Notes: generated from the sequence alone by a model not told the origin. 64,000 bases of DNA from Oikopleura dioica (GCA_907165135.1 OU015569.1:12710001-12774000); one strand, 5' to 3'; shown: positions 12,611 to 30,196, numbered from the stretch's first letter. Numbers and translations: made by a program.

Positions 12611-14168
12611 TTGATAAATGTTACAAATTTCCAATTGACAAATGTTTTTGAGTTATCAACTGGAAAATTTGCGCAGACGCAGTTGTCTATCTAAATATCC
12701 CTTTTCAATAAAGCCATGGTTGGGAAGACGGGGGCAAACCACATTGCGGCTATCGGATTTATCATTTCGAAGTGACATTTGAATTCGTGTGTGATCTCGC
12801 TCCTGCTTTCTAACATTTCGTTTTCAGCTCAAGAAGCAAAAGTCAGAGAAGAAGTTTTCGATCATCAGCCAGTTCCGGCCGAGCAAGCCCGAGCGGGACA
12901 TGAAGATCATCTTTTGGGGGGCGGAGCAAGTCGGCAAGTCAGCACTGCTTGTCCGCTTCGTCACCGGCAGATACATTTCCGAGTACTCCAGCCTGGTCAA
13001 CTACACTGTGACGAAAACGATATCCACAGAGTCAAATGTCGACGTCAAGCTAGAGGTCACCGATCCGACTTCTTGTGTAAGTACTTTTTCAATTTACTTA
13101 AAGAAAAACTATTTTTTTTTTATTTATTCACTAATACTTTTATACAATATGCGTCGCCATTTTAAATGAGCAAATATTTTGGGAGGTGTCAATGTTAACG
13201 GCTGGGTATCCTATTTTTTGCATGACTTTTTTGGTAGATGAGAATCTCACCAGATTTGAGTTTTTGCGCGAATGAGAAGCCTTGATTGACCTTCAACTGT
13301 CCAGTGCTATTTTGACTCGTGAATTCTGACTTGTGAACGGAATTCCTTTAGCAACCGTCCTTGCCATTTACTCAAAGACAGCAGGCACACATACTCAGCT
13401 CTTTTTGAATATGTATCGCTTTTTCAGAAGCTATGCGGACAAGCCTACAGTAAAAGTCTTTTTAGGCAAAGTTACGAATACTTAATTTTAGGAAGCAGAA
13501 ACTCTTCTTTTATAAAATTGGAATTTAGGCAAACTCCGGATTGTTAAAAAAGTCGTCCTTCGATTTACTACTGCTTGTGTTTGACTTAACGAACGCCTCG
13601 AGCTTCCGCTGGATCAAGGAACGCGCGGAAAGAGTCAAGCACGACATGAAGAACAACTTAAGCGTCGTTGTTCTCGGCAACAAAAAGGACCTGAGCTCGA
13701 GGAGAGAAGTTTCGACGGAAGAAGCGAGGTCCTTCTCGGAAGACAACAACTGGGTATACTTTGAGGTTTCCGCCGCCGAGTTGCGAGACTCCGAAGAGGA
13801 CGACGAGGAGTTACAAGATCACGACAAGGTAGTTGACCACCAGTAATTTATGATCTAGAATTTTCGCTAGAATTGCTTTAGATTCAGTCGGAACTCTAGC
13901 GAAAATTAGTCAGTCAGCAACATAAATTGCTTGTATTCGATAGTAAGTTCGATTTATAAATATTTCTTCCTAGAGCGTGTACGACGCGCTGCAAACCGCT
14001 GTAACGGAGCTCTTCCACTTCCGCCGCAATTTCGGAAGCCAAAAGAAATCGAGCGGGATGTCGAAAGGAGGCGACGAGAGACCTCCAAAGCGACGATCCT
14101 CCACAGTACAGTACATTTACGAGTTCGCAAGCCACGCTCGCAAATTGACGCTCGGCTCGCGCTCCTGA
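11656..14168 (+). CDS. RASL11/RASL12/RERG-like small GTPase; join(11656..11718,12828..13076,13529..13828,13974..14168)
   Basis: G1 GAEQVGKS, LLVRFVTGRYISEY, LVFDLT, G4 GNKKD, G5 FEVSA; all junctions are GT-AG, phase 0; no CAAX motif. Confidence 0.85.
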
Positions 14169-15155
14169 AAATTAATAAAGAAAACGCTTCAGCCAACAAC
14201 AAAGAAAAAGTTCAATTCACGCTCCAGAATGTTCAAAAATGCTCGTTACTGTTCCATAGTTCACACTTTAAAGATCGTCATTTACTTTAACAAAAGACCC
14301 TTTCATAGATTGTACAAACTGAATATATATAAACTCAAACAATGAACGTTGTCATTTATTCGGAATAATTTATCAAACCAAATTCTTCATCCAATATTTG
14401 AACCTCTATTACCAAACATTCACGTGCGGCGGCTCAGATGAAACGAACAGAAAATTTCTCAACCTTTCAGCATTTTTCCAACTCGCAATCGAGTCCTCCT
14501 TTTTAGACGGAATCCTTTTCCGGTTTGAAAAGAAAAAGCTGGGGTTGAAATCAAGGAAGACAGCCAAAATTCTTCATTTCAAATATCTTCAAATACGTGA
14601 TCAGAAACAAGACAAAATTGATGAGGTAATTGACTTATTCCTCGTGAATGCTTTGGAACTTTGGAAAAGGGTTGACTCGTATAATATGAATTTCATGTAT
14701 TTTCTGGCGGATCTCTCTTTTTAATTTCTTGAAAAAACGCTCTCAGGGGGAAAGGCGAAATCACTTTCAAAATTTCCGCGAGCGCATCATCAAATTTTCC
14801 GATGACGAATTCACGCACTTGGAGTAAACTCTCGCTATCTTGAACGAATTTGAGTTTGGGAAGATTGAGACGTTGGTGCTGTCGATTTCGCATTTGGGGA
14901 ACTTGCGAGACTTGGATATTATTATAAAGAATGGGCTGGCTTGCTGCTAAGAAGAAAACAACTTCTGAACTCGCTGACATTGTCTGGATTCTAAGGAATT
15001 CCGAAATCATGGAGAAAAAGTATCAAAAGTGATGAATTTGCAACTGCCTTCCGCGCTTTTTCCGAATAATAAAACAGAAAATGATTATTTGAGAATTATT
15101 TATTTTGGCGAAGCAGGAAGAAGTAGGTACATAAAAAGCTTAATTAAAAGTGAAT

Positions 15156-15824
15156 TTATTCGAAGTCGTTTTCGACGTCGATCAGTTGTTCTGTTTCTGG
15201 TTTTATATTCTGGAGTTCGAGGGCGCATCGTTCCTGGTGTCGTTCGTAGAAGCCGCGGCTGCGGAAATTCTTGCCACAGGCGCAGGAAAAGGGCTTCAGC
15301 AAAACGCGGTGCTGCATGAATTTCAACTTCTCGGCGCCTTTGTAGTGCGTGCCCATGTGTTTCTCCATGTTGCCTTTGCGATTGAAGCGGCGGTGGCAGA
15401 TGGAGCACTCAAAGGGCTTCTCGCCAGTGTGGATTCGCTCGTGTCGGGCCAGGTCAGTGTTGCTTTTGAAGGTTGCTGGGCAGAAGCTGCAGCTCTTGCT
15501 AGACGCGCTGCCCTTGGCTGCTTTGGCGTGGGTGAGGCCAGTGGTGGAGGAGATCGCGCCGCTGGTCATTTCCGAAGCGGCGCTGGAAGAAGAGCTGTCC
15601 GAGAAATACTCCGAAGTCGGAACTTCGCTGGCCTCGCTGGCTGAGCTGCTTTCGCTGGACGAAAAGTTGGAAGGAAAAGTCGAAGTGGTGGAGTTTCGTT
15701 GAAGCTCGAGAGCTGGAGAAGCACTTGGCCCATTTCGAACAAGCATCGCTTGGTGCAGGGCGATCAGGTTGTTGATCAGCTGTTGTCGTTGGAGAGCCAT
15801 GATGAGGTCAATTTGAAGAAACAT
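15156..15824 (-). CDS. C2H2 zinc-finger transcription factor (single exon; two C2H2 and one C2HC finger)
   Basis: CSFCPATFKSNTDLARHERIH-TGEKPF-ECSICHRRFNRKGNMEKHMGTH; CACGKNF...HQERC; Ser-rich N-terminus. Confidence 0.92.
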   Translation of the reverse strand: MFLQIDLIMALQRQQLINNLIALHQAMLVRNGPSASPALELQRNSTTSTFPSNFSSSESSSASEASEVPTSEYFSDSSSSSAASEMTSGAISSTTGLTHAKAAKGSASSKSCSFCPATFKSNTDLARHERIHTGEKPFECSICHRRFNRKGNMEKHMGTHYKGAEKLKFMQHRVLLKPFSCACGKNFRSRGFYERHQERCALELQNIKPETEQLIDVENDFE

Positions 15825-16387
15825 TTTTCTTGTTGTGTTGTGGTTTTGTCGGTTAGAGTGGAATAAGGGAGTCTGAATGAACTATTGCTCGCTGGCCAGT
15901 TTATATATTCCAGGATCGGAGTGCAAAGTGCGCCGAGAAGGGGGCTGTAGCGCCATCACTTGATTCCAGATTTGAGAAAGACGACGTCCTTTTTGGGCAA
16001 TGTGGCAGCCACATGGGAGGAAGCAGCTGCGCCAGACGCGATTAGTACCTAGAATAGGACATGCATTCGACCGACTGCACATTTCGACCAGCTTTGGCGA
16101 GTGCTTCTGCGAAGAGGAAAGGGAGGCAAAAACTGCTGATTATTCTTTGAACTTCTGACCTAGCTTGAAGAAAAACGATTTGTCAGAAAGAAATCTACTT
16201 GAAAGAATCTTCTACAATCGATGCGAATCGCCGAACCCTGCTCGAGGATGCTTTTCTTTTCTTGCCAATTTATCATTTGCTCAACTGGTATTGCAATTGA
16301 CATTTTTGCAGAGAAATATATAGACAAAATACAGGTCTTGCCTCTTAAACAAGTCTAAAATTCCAGAGTCATTTAATTTTTGAACTT

Positions 16388-18847
16388 TTCTCTGCAACCT
16401 GTGTTGAAATGATGAGTCAGGATCTGAAAGATCTCTGATGAAAAGCCGCGCAGTTTTTGAAAATTGATTGAAAAGGTGATTTTGCCGCTTCGCTTTAAAA
16501 AAGCCGCGTAATTAGAGATCTCCCAAACCCAGACTTTTACAGAGGTTGCCGAGCCCGGAATTCAGGACTTCAAAGCTGAAGAACAAAGAACAAGAACCGT
16601 GGAAGATGTTTTGTGAAGGCTCAATTCACAATGAATTGAGTTGGTGATTTTATTCGAATATTTAAAATCTTGAAGAGAAAATGAAGTTCAAATTGAGTTG
16701 GGCGTTGGTGATTCGTGAATACTTTGTTTTGAGTTGTTTTTTTGGAGAAGAACAGTTGTGAACATAAAATGGAAAAAGGCAAAAGGAGGATAGGTAGTTT
16801 CTTTTTACAGAGGAGGATGAGTTCTGTTTATCCGTAGACTAGATCGGCAGCTTGGACGCCGGAACTCTGATCCGGAAACGTCGATGTCTAAGTTTGGCGA
16901 TTAAAAAGGAAAGTTGCTTTTCAAATAAGGAAGTGGATAAAGTCTTTTTACCACGATGCCCCAACTGGGCATGACTCTTGCCACCCAGTGCTCTCTTTCT
17001 CTTCCTTCACACAAGCCAGTTTAAAATGGAAAATCACACATGTCCCAAAGAGCTAAATCGGGAAGTATCTCCCAAAACGCTTCTTTAGTATAAAACATGC
17101 CGAGATTTTGAGCTACGTAGGTCCGGCTCAATTCTTGACTGGACTGGTTCAATTTTAGACATTTGTTCAAAATAAATATGTATTGATAAATCAAGAACCC
17201 TTCAATACTGGGCTCGGGAACCTGAGTCAGGTTCCTGGAAAGTCCCGTAGCGGCTTCTTAAAAAACGAAGCCTCAAAGCAGTTTCGCCAGAATTAATATT
17301 TCACTCTTTTTAAAAATCCTTCGCGGCCTTCTTCCAGGACCCTGACTCAGGTTTTACGAAATCACGATTACCCTTACTCCAATTATTAGCGAATCCTCAA
17401 TAAAGAAGGATTCGTCTCATCGTAGTAGACAAAAATAATCGCCTTTCCTGCATGTTTCCGCCTGGGAAAGAAGTGAAGGGTTTGGCACCAGCAAGTGCTT
17501 CGCTGTCGTACTCAGGGACTGCCCAGTTGCCGATCTGCCACAGCTGGAAGAGTTTGAACGCTTTCACGCCGAACAGAATCGTGTTGAAGAAAGTAAACGC
17601 TAAGAAAGATTGCTTCCTTTATCGAATCAAATTGGAAAACTTACAAATAACAGTTTTGGCGGTTCCAGCGCCAAGGCCGATCGCGTTCTCGTCGCGCTCT
17701 GGGTCGTTTTTCGTTTGGTTCCAGCCCGCCCAAGTGGCGCAGAAAAGGCAAAAGTGAAAGAGCGTCCAGACCAACGAGAAGAGGAGTTGGTAGGTGACAC
17801 TAGTCGATTTTGGAAGAAGCGGGAGACAAGAAAGACTCACCTAAGTTTTCTCTTCTCGCTCGTGTTGAGCAACGAGTCCTGCTTGTCCAGTTGCCACTCG
17901 ATTGCCACAAAAATTACTCCTGAACTATTTTTAGAATTTGAAAGATTTTCTAATAGAGTACCATGCGCTAGTGCCAGGCCAATGACGAACTTCGCGAAGC
18001 CACAGGTCGAGCTCAAATTGAAGAGGCATCCGTGAGGATCTGAAAATGACAAAATCTTATTATAAAAACTTTTAAATTCAAGGTTTTTTTTAAAGATAAT
18101 CGTTGTTTTCTCTTATTGTCATTTCCACTTATTTTTTTCTTAGAGACTATGAACCTGTAAGCCACCAAAGTTAATTCTGTAATTAAACGCCAACAAAAGA
18201 TTATAATTTACTGTAAGTTCCATTTTTGGTGTCTCTCGCCATTTTTGAAGAATGAATTTTAATCATTTTCGAAAAAAGGTAATTGATTGGAAAATGCGTC
18301 AATTGGAATTACCCGAAAAGGACACGACCGCGCAGAAACTGATGAAAGCAATGGCGGAAATCGCTAAATTTAGAATCGTCCTGGTAGATGTAATGAATTC
18401 ACGTAAATTTGGCTGCTGGCGCGAGCCTGCACCAAAAGCGCTCATTTCTGAATTAATCACTGAATTTTAAATAGACGAGGACGAGACGAGCCTGTCTCGC
18501 CCATCCACAGCCGAATTAACAGACGGCCTGCTTCGTTAAAAGCGGAAACGGCTTCGTTAAAAGCTTAATTTATTTATTTTTATTTTGATTAACGAAGGAA
18601 GCTCAAACTTTGATTGAAGATTGCAATTATTACTTTTTTGACGAGCAGGAGAACGGATAAGTTGAATTGAAAGGGAAGAGTGGCCTCGGCAACCTCTGTT
18701 CGAATCCTGAGTCAGGGTCTGGAAAGATCGCTAATGAAAAGCGGGTTCGTCAAATTACCATTTCAATCTATTTTCAGATTCTGACGAATACACACTATCT
18801 CTTTCCTGATCCTGAGTCAGGACTTGAACACAGGTTGCCGAGCCAAG
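16388..18847. mobile_element. Family-A MITE copies at ~16388-16556, 17208-17358, 18680-18847
   Basis: Same arm consensus; all intergenic; coordinates approximate. Confidence 0.8.
17397..18445 (-). CDS. SYNGR: Synaptogyrin-like MARVEL-domain four-TM protein (5 exons)
   Basis: MSAFGAGS...RTILNLAISAIAFISFCAVVSF; GCLFNLSSTCGFAKFVIGLA; QLLFSLVWTLFHFCLFC...W; TVISFTFFNTILF. Matches the recalled synaptogyrin pattern; GT-AG introns. Confidence 0.8.
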
Positions 18848-19013
18848 AGAAGATGGAATTAACGCGGGGGAAAAGAAGAAGTTGGAAGAAAAGAAGGCAA
18901 TGCAGGTTAAAAAATACAGATTAGATTTTTTCTTTCATCGGAGTTTTTGCAGACTTGAACAAGCAAAAAAAAGAGTGGAGGAATGATAAGGAGCAAGTTT
19001 CGTGAAGTTCTGT

Positions 19014-21060
19014 TCAGATGTTGTGCAGATTGTATTTCTTATGGCATTCGTGGCAAAACGGCTTCTGCTGGTGTTCTTTGAAAATCGCCTAAAGTACATT
19101 TTAAACTCAAGAAATCGACATGGTGGGTTACCTGAGTGAGTGTCTGTTTACAAAAAGTACAGACGAAGTGCTCGGGATGATAGCGCTTTCCAAGGGCGGA
19201 AACGCACTTTCCATTTATGGGCTTTTTACATTCGACACACGCTCCTCCTGAGGAAAGGGCGATTAGCGCAACGATTTTTAAGGGAGAGGAAGTCACCTTT
19301 TTTGGCAAGATAATGAGGCTCGCAGTAAGGTTTGCCGTTGTAGTCGAAGAACGAGCCTTGCAGGAAGGGGCCGCAGCCTGGCTCGTGGCAGATGAAGCAC
19401 TCGGGATGCCAGTAACTAAAAAGAAAAGGTTCAACAGCTGGTGCTAGATCTGCTTATATTTTTCAAAATTTAAAATTTCAATATTTTTCGGATTATAACA
19501 TGCTTTTTGAGTGAATTTACCCGTCTAGCGCAGCGATGTATTGGTTCAAAATCGCGTTGTTGCAGGAAAGACACTTGGGCGCAACGCACTCAGCATAACA
19601 ATCGGGACAATAGGGCTTCTCCTCGTGTTCGTGGAAGTTGTCGAGCACTGGGCAATGACAGGCGGCGCAGACGAAGCAGTGCGCGTGAAAGGACTTGTTC
19701 ATCGCCTGAATCAGATTTTCCAAAATGGCGCCGCTGCAGCTCGCGCATTCCGGCGAGAAGAGCTCCTCGTAATGCGAGCGGCAGTAAATCGTGTCCTTCC
19801 AAGTGTAATATGGCTCCTTGAAAAAGGTGGTGAAATCAAGGAGGAGTCAAATCAAAGCGAACAGTACCTGGCCGATTTCTCTGTCGTCGACGCAGCAGAC
19901 GAAGTGTTCGGGATGCCAGACGCGGCCCAACGCGGCGATCGCTTCACCGATTACTGGACGGTTACAAGTCGGGCATTCGCCCTTGCTCTTCGCGTGGATA
20001 CCCTTAATTTCTTTTAGCGAATATCTGGATTCGGTTTTTTTAAAACTCCGGACTGAGCCCAGACTTGAGCAAAAAAATATCGTTTTCTACTTTCAAAAAT
20101 TGAATCAAAAAACTTACTCGCTGAGCGAGATCGTCAGTTAGCTCGCCGAGCATGTCATCGAGGGGATTGTCGGATTTGGGCGGCGGTTTGTGCCAGGCAG
20201 ACGCCTCCAGCTTCTTGTTGGTTTGATTCTTGGTGATTTGCTCGTCCAACTCGTCGATTAGCGAGTCTATCTCGGCGTGAGTGGCTTGCGACGACTTCCG
20301 CGCTTCCGATTTGGAATTGGCTTCGTCCGGAACCGACCCAGTCGACGAGTTTTTCCTTCAAAACTTGCAAGTTAAAATAAATACAGGTAAATTACCTGGC
20401 TTTCAGGTCAGCCCCTTTGTTGCGTCTGACAGGTTTGACTGGAGGAATCGAGGCAGGAGGACGTTCATTCTTTTCCGGAATGTTTTCTAGAGAAAACAGA
20501 CTAGCAAGCACTCATCAATCGAAAATAATACAAACATAGAAGAGACATACATGCATATAATTTTATGAAAAACCTTTTGCTTCTTGATTCAAAGTGGCGA
20601 TCGACTCTATCAAGTCGTCCAGGTCATTCGCAGACGATTTATGCGTCTTCCGCTCGACAGGGACACTGACTCGGATCACAAATTGGTATTTACCAATTAG
20701 CCTAAGACTTAATCTTAATCCTCGTCTCTGCAATGCTTAGAAACTCTTCTTTCTGATGCGTTCTTGCTTTATACAGTATAAATTATACTGTATTGAATCT
20801 ATATTCGATAATACTATTTCGTCAATACAAGAAAATTAATAAGATAAGCTTCGGACAAGGAGGACCTTCTGGGCGCCAGTCTACAGCCTATCCAGAAGAA
20901 TAACCTAACCCCTAAGAAAAATCTCTATCAAAACAATCACTTTTGTAATCTTCCTTGGAGCATGCTTCTCCGGCAATACCTCCTCAGCTGGGTTCTCCTT
21001 GTTGATTCCCGACGGCATCGAATTCAAAAGCATCATAATCTCGTCGATATCATCGCTCAT
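19014..21060 (-). CDS. PXN: Paxillin/leupaxin family: LD motifs + four LIM domains
   Basis: LD-like IDEIMMLL, LDDLIESI, IDSLIDEL, LDDMLGEL; four LIM domains (CPTCNRPV..WHPEHFVC; CASCSGAI..HAHCFVC; CLSCNNAI..WHPECFIC; CVECKKPI..YHPEHFVC). One 5' junction unresolved. Confidence 0.93.
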
Positions 21061-21258
21061 GCTTTCGACAGGCCAACCAGACTAACTTTAGATCTTTCTT
21101 TTTCGGTTTATTTTCATTTTTCAATTATTTATAAATATATTTCTTAGCAGGAATTTCACAGAAGAACGAACGTTGTAATTGATTGATCTAGAATTGCAAT
21201 AACATAAAAGTAGAAGTACAGAAGCAGGTTTGCAGGTAGATTTGTAGATTTGCCGACG

Positions 21259-25533
<4,275 letters not shown>

Positions 25534-26158
25534 CCCTTCTAAACTCATTCTTCTAGCTTTCTCTCTCGAGGGGCAGCTCGAGCCACGGAGCGAGGCGAAC
25601 TAAACGCTCTGGCCAAGCGTATCAAAATAATGTTACGTAACTGGCCAAAGAAACCATCAAATATTTATCTTTTTACGACGAGATTGAAACTTTCGAATTC
25701 GAATTCACAGCTCGGGAATTTCACGTTTATTTTTATTTGGGCAATTATTAAAATGTTTATTTTGAAAAAAAGCGAAAATAGAAAATGAACTTTCAGTACG
25801 AGTTTGATGCACTAGAACTGATGTCTTATGGGCAATACTTGCTCGGCTGCGTAATCTGTGTAGAAAGCCTCTACCGGGATTCGCAAAGGGGCTTCGGCAA
25901 TAACAGATCATCTCTAGTCAAAACGAAAACTCGTCAAATTTGACTAGCCGTTATTCCGCATAAGAAAATAGAAAAGTACAGAAACGAGAGCGCGCTAGGA
26001 CCACCTTTTTGGTCGAGACAAAATGTACAGTTTTTTGTTGTTTCGGACTGAACAGGGCTTTGAATGAAGAAGAAAACATGGAAGAGTATCTTTTTTGGAT
26101 TTTTTTTCTTTGAAGTAGATTTTTGTTGAATCGTTGTTTTTTCGGATTGGTGTTTGAC

Positions 26159-27345
26159 TCAGTCGTTGTGCATGAATTCGACGACCTTGGCGACTTTCGT
26201 CCTCGCCGCAATCACAAGGCCGGCTGAAAGAAGGAAATCATAGTTGAAGGACACGAGAGTTCTTTCTTACCGAGCATGGTGATGATCGCCACCGAGTAGA
26301 AAATAAACATCACCCAGGCGATCGGGTCGTCCATGCCGATGTCTTTGCCCTTGATGGCGAAGGCGCAGATCATGCAAATTATTCCGGCAGTGAGAAAGGC
26401 CAGGAACAGCCAGCTGAAAGCAGTGTAGAAAACTTGAATGTTTGGTGAATAAAAAGGCTTACAAAGCGATGAATATCTTCTGGGCATGGTCTTTCTTGTT
26501 CAAATGCAGCTTCTCGTCGCAGGAAGGGCAGTGCATAATCCCCTGAAGAGGGTAAGGAGCCATGAACTCCGTTCGGCACTGGGGACAGCGCAACTGAAAT
26601 ATAGATTCAAGGTCGCTTCATATTCAAATAAATGATATACTGTATAGTACAGTGTACATCCTTAGATCATCTAGTCTAAGTTAGATGTACTCGTTTCTAA
26701 ATGACTAAATTTCAGTTATTAGCACATTCGACGATGGCGGAAATATTGGTAATCTAAAGTTTAGATTCTAAACTCAACGGCCGATTTCGGCTTCGAGAAA
26801 AAAGCTGCGCTTCTCGAAGCCACAAGCGGCCTAACATGTGTTAGTTCTACAAATCGTCGAATGTACTAATGATTTGAGTGACTGGAATTAAGTCACCAAG
26901 AAATCAGAATTCAAAATATGCAATTTTGAAACACTCACCAGGGCGGATCTGGGAGCGGTGGGCATGACAGCTCTGCGAAGGGAAATGTGTCTTCGGCATC
27001 TGGGACAAACCACTTGCGCCGCGCTCTCCGTGCAAACTAGCAGGCAGTTGCAGTTGCAACGGATGTACTGAACAGAAAGTATGAAGATGTACTGTATTTA
27101 AATTGAACCTTTTTGCCAGGCGGCGCCTGTTTTAGCGGCGTCGCCTCGTTGCAAGTGTTGCAGCGCATCACGTGCTGGTGCAGTTTGCCAGTGCAGTCGA
27201 TCGTGTCGTGGCAGACTTTGCACTCGATGACCGGGATGCGCCGGGGCACCACATTTGGGAAGGTTACTTCGAAGCTTTGGTCGACGGACTCGTAGGCCGG
27301 CGGCGGCGTGTCTAGAAGCGGCGCTAGGTCCGACTCACTGCCCAT
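26159..27345 (-). CDS. PIP4P: PIP4P1/2 (TMEM55)-like PtdIns(4,5)P2 4-phosphatase family protein
   Basis: PPPAY motif; [39 protein letters not shown]; further CxxC pairs; two C-terminal TM helices. Confidence 0.88.
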
Positions 27346-27471
27346 CTAGGCGGAATTGAAGTTTACCAAAGAATAATGAAGAAAGTATCAATCTGGAATA
27401 CAAGTAGCAGGAAAAAATAGAGTTTTTGGAACAGTCAAAATTAATCATTTCTTTCTTTTTGGAATTTGAAG

Positions 27472-28367
27472 TCAGTGAATTCTGCGGAGCGCCTTTTCTT
27501 CGATTTCGAAACCGTAGAAATATTTTGAAATGATCTCGTCTTGGTTTTGAATTGGCACGGTTGATTTCGGAAGGGCGCGTTTTGGAGCACTTTCGACGCC
27601 GTTGGAGACGCATTCGTGGAGCGAGAACTGGACTCCGTCGAGAGGAGAGGCGATCGGCGAGCGGGAGCTTCGGGAAACGGGACTCGCTGCCGCCGGTGGA
27701 GGTGGAGCAACACGCTTCTTCTCAGCCGCAGAGGCGCGTTTGGCCTCTGATAGGCGGTTCGATACCTCGACTTTGAAGCAGAGATAGAGTCCATTCAGTT
27801 TACTGAAAGTTCCAAGATTGAAACATAAAAAGTGGGCCTAAGATAGTATCTTGAACCTAAAATGCTTACCCAGCGGATGTGTAAAGATGGTTTCGGGCGA
27901 AATCGTCGTCTGAGGTAATCGCAATGTCGGTGACTTTCTTAGCACTGGTATGGAAGGATCCTTTTGCCACGCAAAGCCTTGTCGAATGCAAGCATTTGTC
28001 GTCTTTCTCCAGAGTGCGTCTGAATCATTTGTCTAGAATTACAGCCAAGAGCAAATAAATTGCTACTTTATTTCGGTGAAGCCCGACGGGACATTTTGAT
28101 CGTCAGCAATGATGCACAGATCGGTGACCACTTCGCTGGCGGTCTTGTTTTTCTCAACGACGAGGTATCTCTTCGTGTTCTTGAGTCCAAAGAAACCACC
28201 GCGAGGATATAGATCCGCCTCGTTTCCTTCCTTTGTTCGAGAGACCTAGATTTTTTTCATCAAAAGATTGAAGAGATGGAAGGAAAAAAAAAACATACGA
28301 TTTGCGAATTGGGCGGATGCGGTCCGTTCAAGCTGCTGGAAATGAAAACGTTGGAGATGAAACTCAT
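27472..28367 (-). CDS. MVB12: ESCRT-I subunit MVB12 (MABP + UMA domains)
   Basis: VSRTKEGNEADLYPRGGFFG..RYL..VVTDLCII..VPSGF (MABP-like); SPLDGVQFSL...EIISKYFYGFEIE (UMA-like). Confidence 0.8.
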
Positions 28368-28439
28368 TCTGAATCAAATTAAATTTATTTTTGAGCAGTT
28401 GTGGAAATTTTTCGAAAAATGAACTTGAAAGTCGACTGG

Positions 28440-29964
28440 TCAGGCAGTGATTAGGTGGTCGAGGACGTCGTTGAGATCGATCGCGTTTGAAGTGACTTCG
28501 CACTCATCCAGCATTAGCTCGATTCCGGCGATGTTCTGCAGCCAGCTGAAAATTGTCAAATTTGAGAATGAAAAAGAGGCTAGCAGCAAGTTACCGGTAG
28601 CATTTCCATCCAGACTCGTGCCACTGGCGCATCAGCTCGTCGTTTCTATCTGACACGCCGTACAGATTCGGCAAGCCCAATCCATCGTCTTAAAAAATAG
28701 CTTCTTGAGCTTCTAGCTTCCGTCTACCTGAAGGATTGACGCTGTCCAAGAGCACGGGCTTGTCGCATTTGGCGAGAACGCGTTCTAATTTCGGGCAGTA
28801 AAGCAGTCGGATCGTGAAGTCGGAATAAGAGATCTGAAGCTCTTCTTCTTTGAAGAAGCATTCGAAATCGCCGAGTTGAGCTTCTCGCGCTTTCGCTTGT
28901 CGATAAAGCGACTCCAGTGGAATTGACATTGTTTCGATGCTCGGTGCAAACACTAAATTTTATAAAAAATTCGTATAGGATTTTTCCAGGTTTTTGATGC
29001 TCAAGAGCTGTTTTGCCTCATCTTAGATCCTTTTTTAAGTGCATCATAGATAGATATGTTACATATGATATATCATATGTATATTCAACGAGATTCAAGA
29101 TAAAGAGCGGCAATTTGGGAGATCTAGTGTTATCTGTAGAGCCTCAAATAACATTTTATTTAATAACCATCAAGAAAAATCCTGAGAAAATTTATGACTT
29201 CTAGGAATTATAGATCTCAAGGAATGTTTAGAGATATTCTCAGGAATATGGGGCATTGATAATTGAAAACTTACCGATGGTATTTCCGAAATCCGCCTCG
29301 CTCAAGTCAAGACTTTCGACAAATGGTTTGCACGTTTCCACGAGATTCTTGAGGCCTTCTACTGATTCACGCTCTCGATCTTCCAAGTCGGCTATTTTCT
29401 GATTCAGCTTCGATCGCTTTTCTTTGTGTTCCTTCAGCTCGATCGCCAGCAACTTCCTCTGAAAACCAGCATAGTCGACTATTCTCATCAACCGGAAAGA
29501 AAAGTACCTCTTGAAGCTCGAATTCGAGCTGTGCTAGTCGCAGACTGTGCTCGTTCTTGTCCGCCAGCTCTTTCAGCCGATTCGGAGCGAGTTTGTAGAA
29601 TTCTTCTCTTGAAACGATCGACGTGTGTTCAGCCTCGAATTCCAGTACTTGCTGTTTTTCCTTAAAGCAAACAATTAGCTTCCGCTCGAAGATAGAAAAG
29701 GGCTTACTTTGTTGATCTGGGCGATTTTGTAGGCAGTGGTGTGGTGGTTGGTTCCTTTCTCGCTGACTTTATTGCCGAAATTGATCACGTCCTCGGTGAG
29801 CTCTTTCGTCGCCCTCTGTAGCTTCAGATTTAGATTTTTCATGTCTGTTATCAGAAAGGCGCCTTTCACTCTTTCTTCGTAAGTTACACTTCCTTTTTCA
29901 CCATTTCTCTAATCGTATTCGCTGCTTTTACGAACGACTCATAATCCGACAGTATTCCATCCAT
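28440..29964 (-). CDS. THOC5: THO complex subunit 5-like (compact; probable 1-nt homopolymer error at 29894-29898)
   Basis: EFEAEHTSIVSREEFYKLAP...EHSLRLAQLEFELQERKLLA resembles the recalled THOC5 LVSLEEFYKEAP...HQQTLARLDWELEQRKRLA segment; coiled coil followed by an RWD-like region. Confidence 0.75.
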
Positions 29965-30196
29965 TCTATAACATTTTTTTATAAATCACGAGAATGCAGC
30001 TGTGATGAGTCATCACTTTGTCACAAAGCTCCATTCGAGTTCCTCCTTGTTGTCTTCAACTCAACTTGAAACATTTTCGAGTCGAAAATTTCGACTACGG
30101 AAATGACCCAATGCCTTTTTTCCTTCGTTTCCAGACTTTCGCTCGAAAAAGAAAAGCATCTCTGGCAACTTTTTTTTTCCTCAGAAAGAGAAAAAA

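Noticed and set aside
14398-15010. Protein-like ORFs 14398-14724 (+) and 14693-15010 (-)
   Set aside because: No motif, no consistent splice structure and ambiguous strand; a small orphan gene cannot be excluded.
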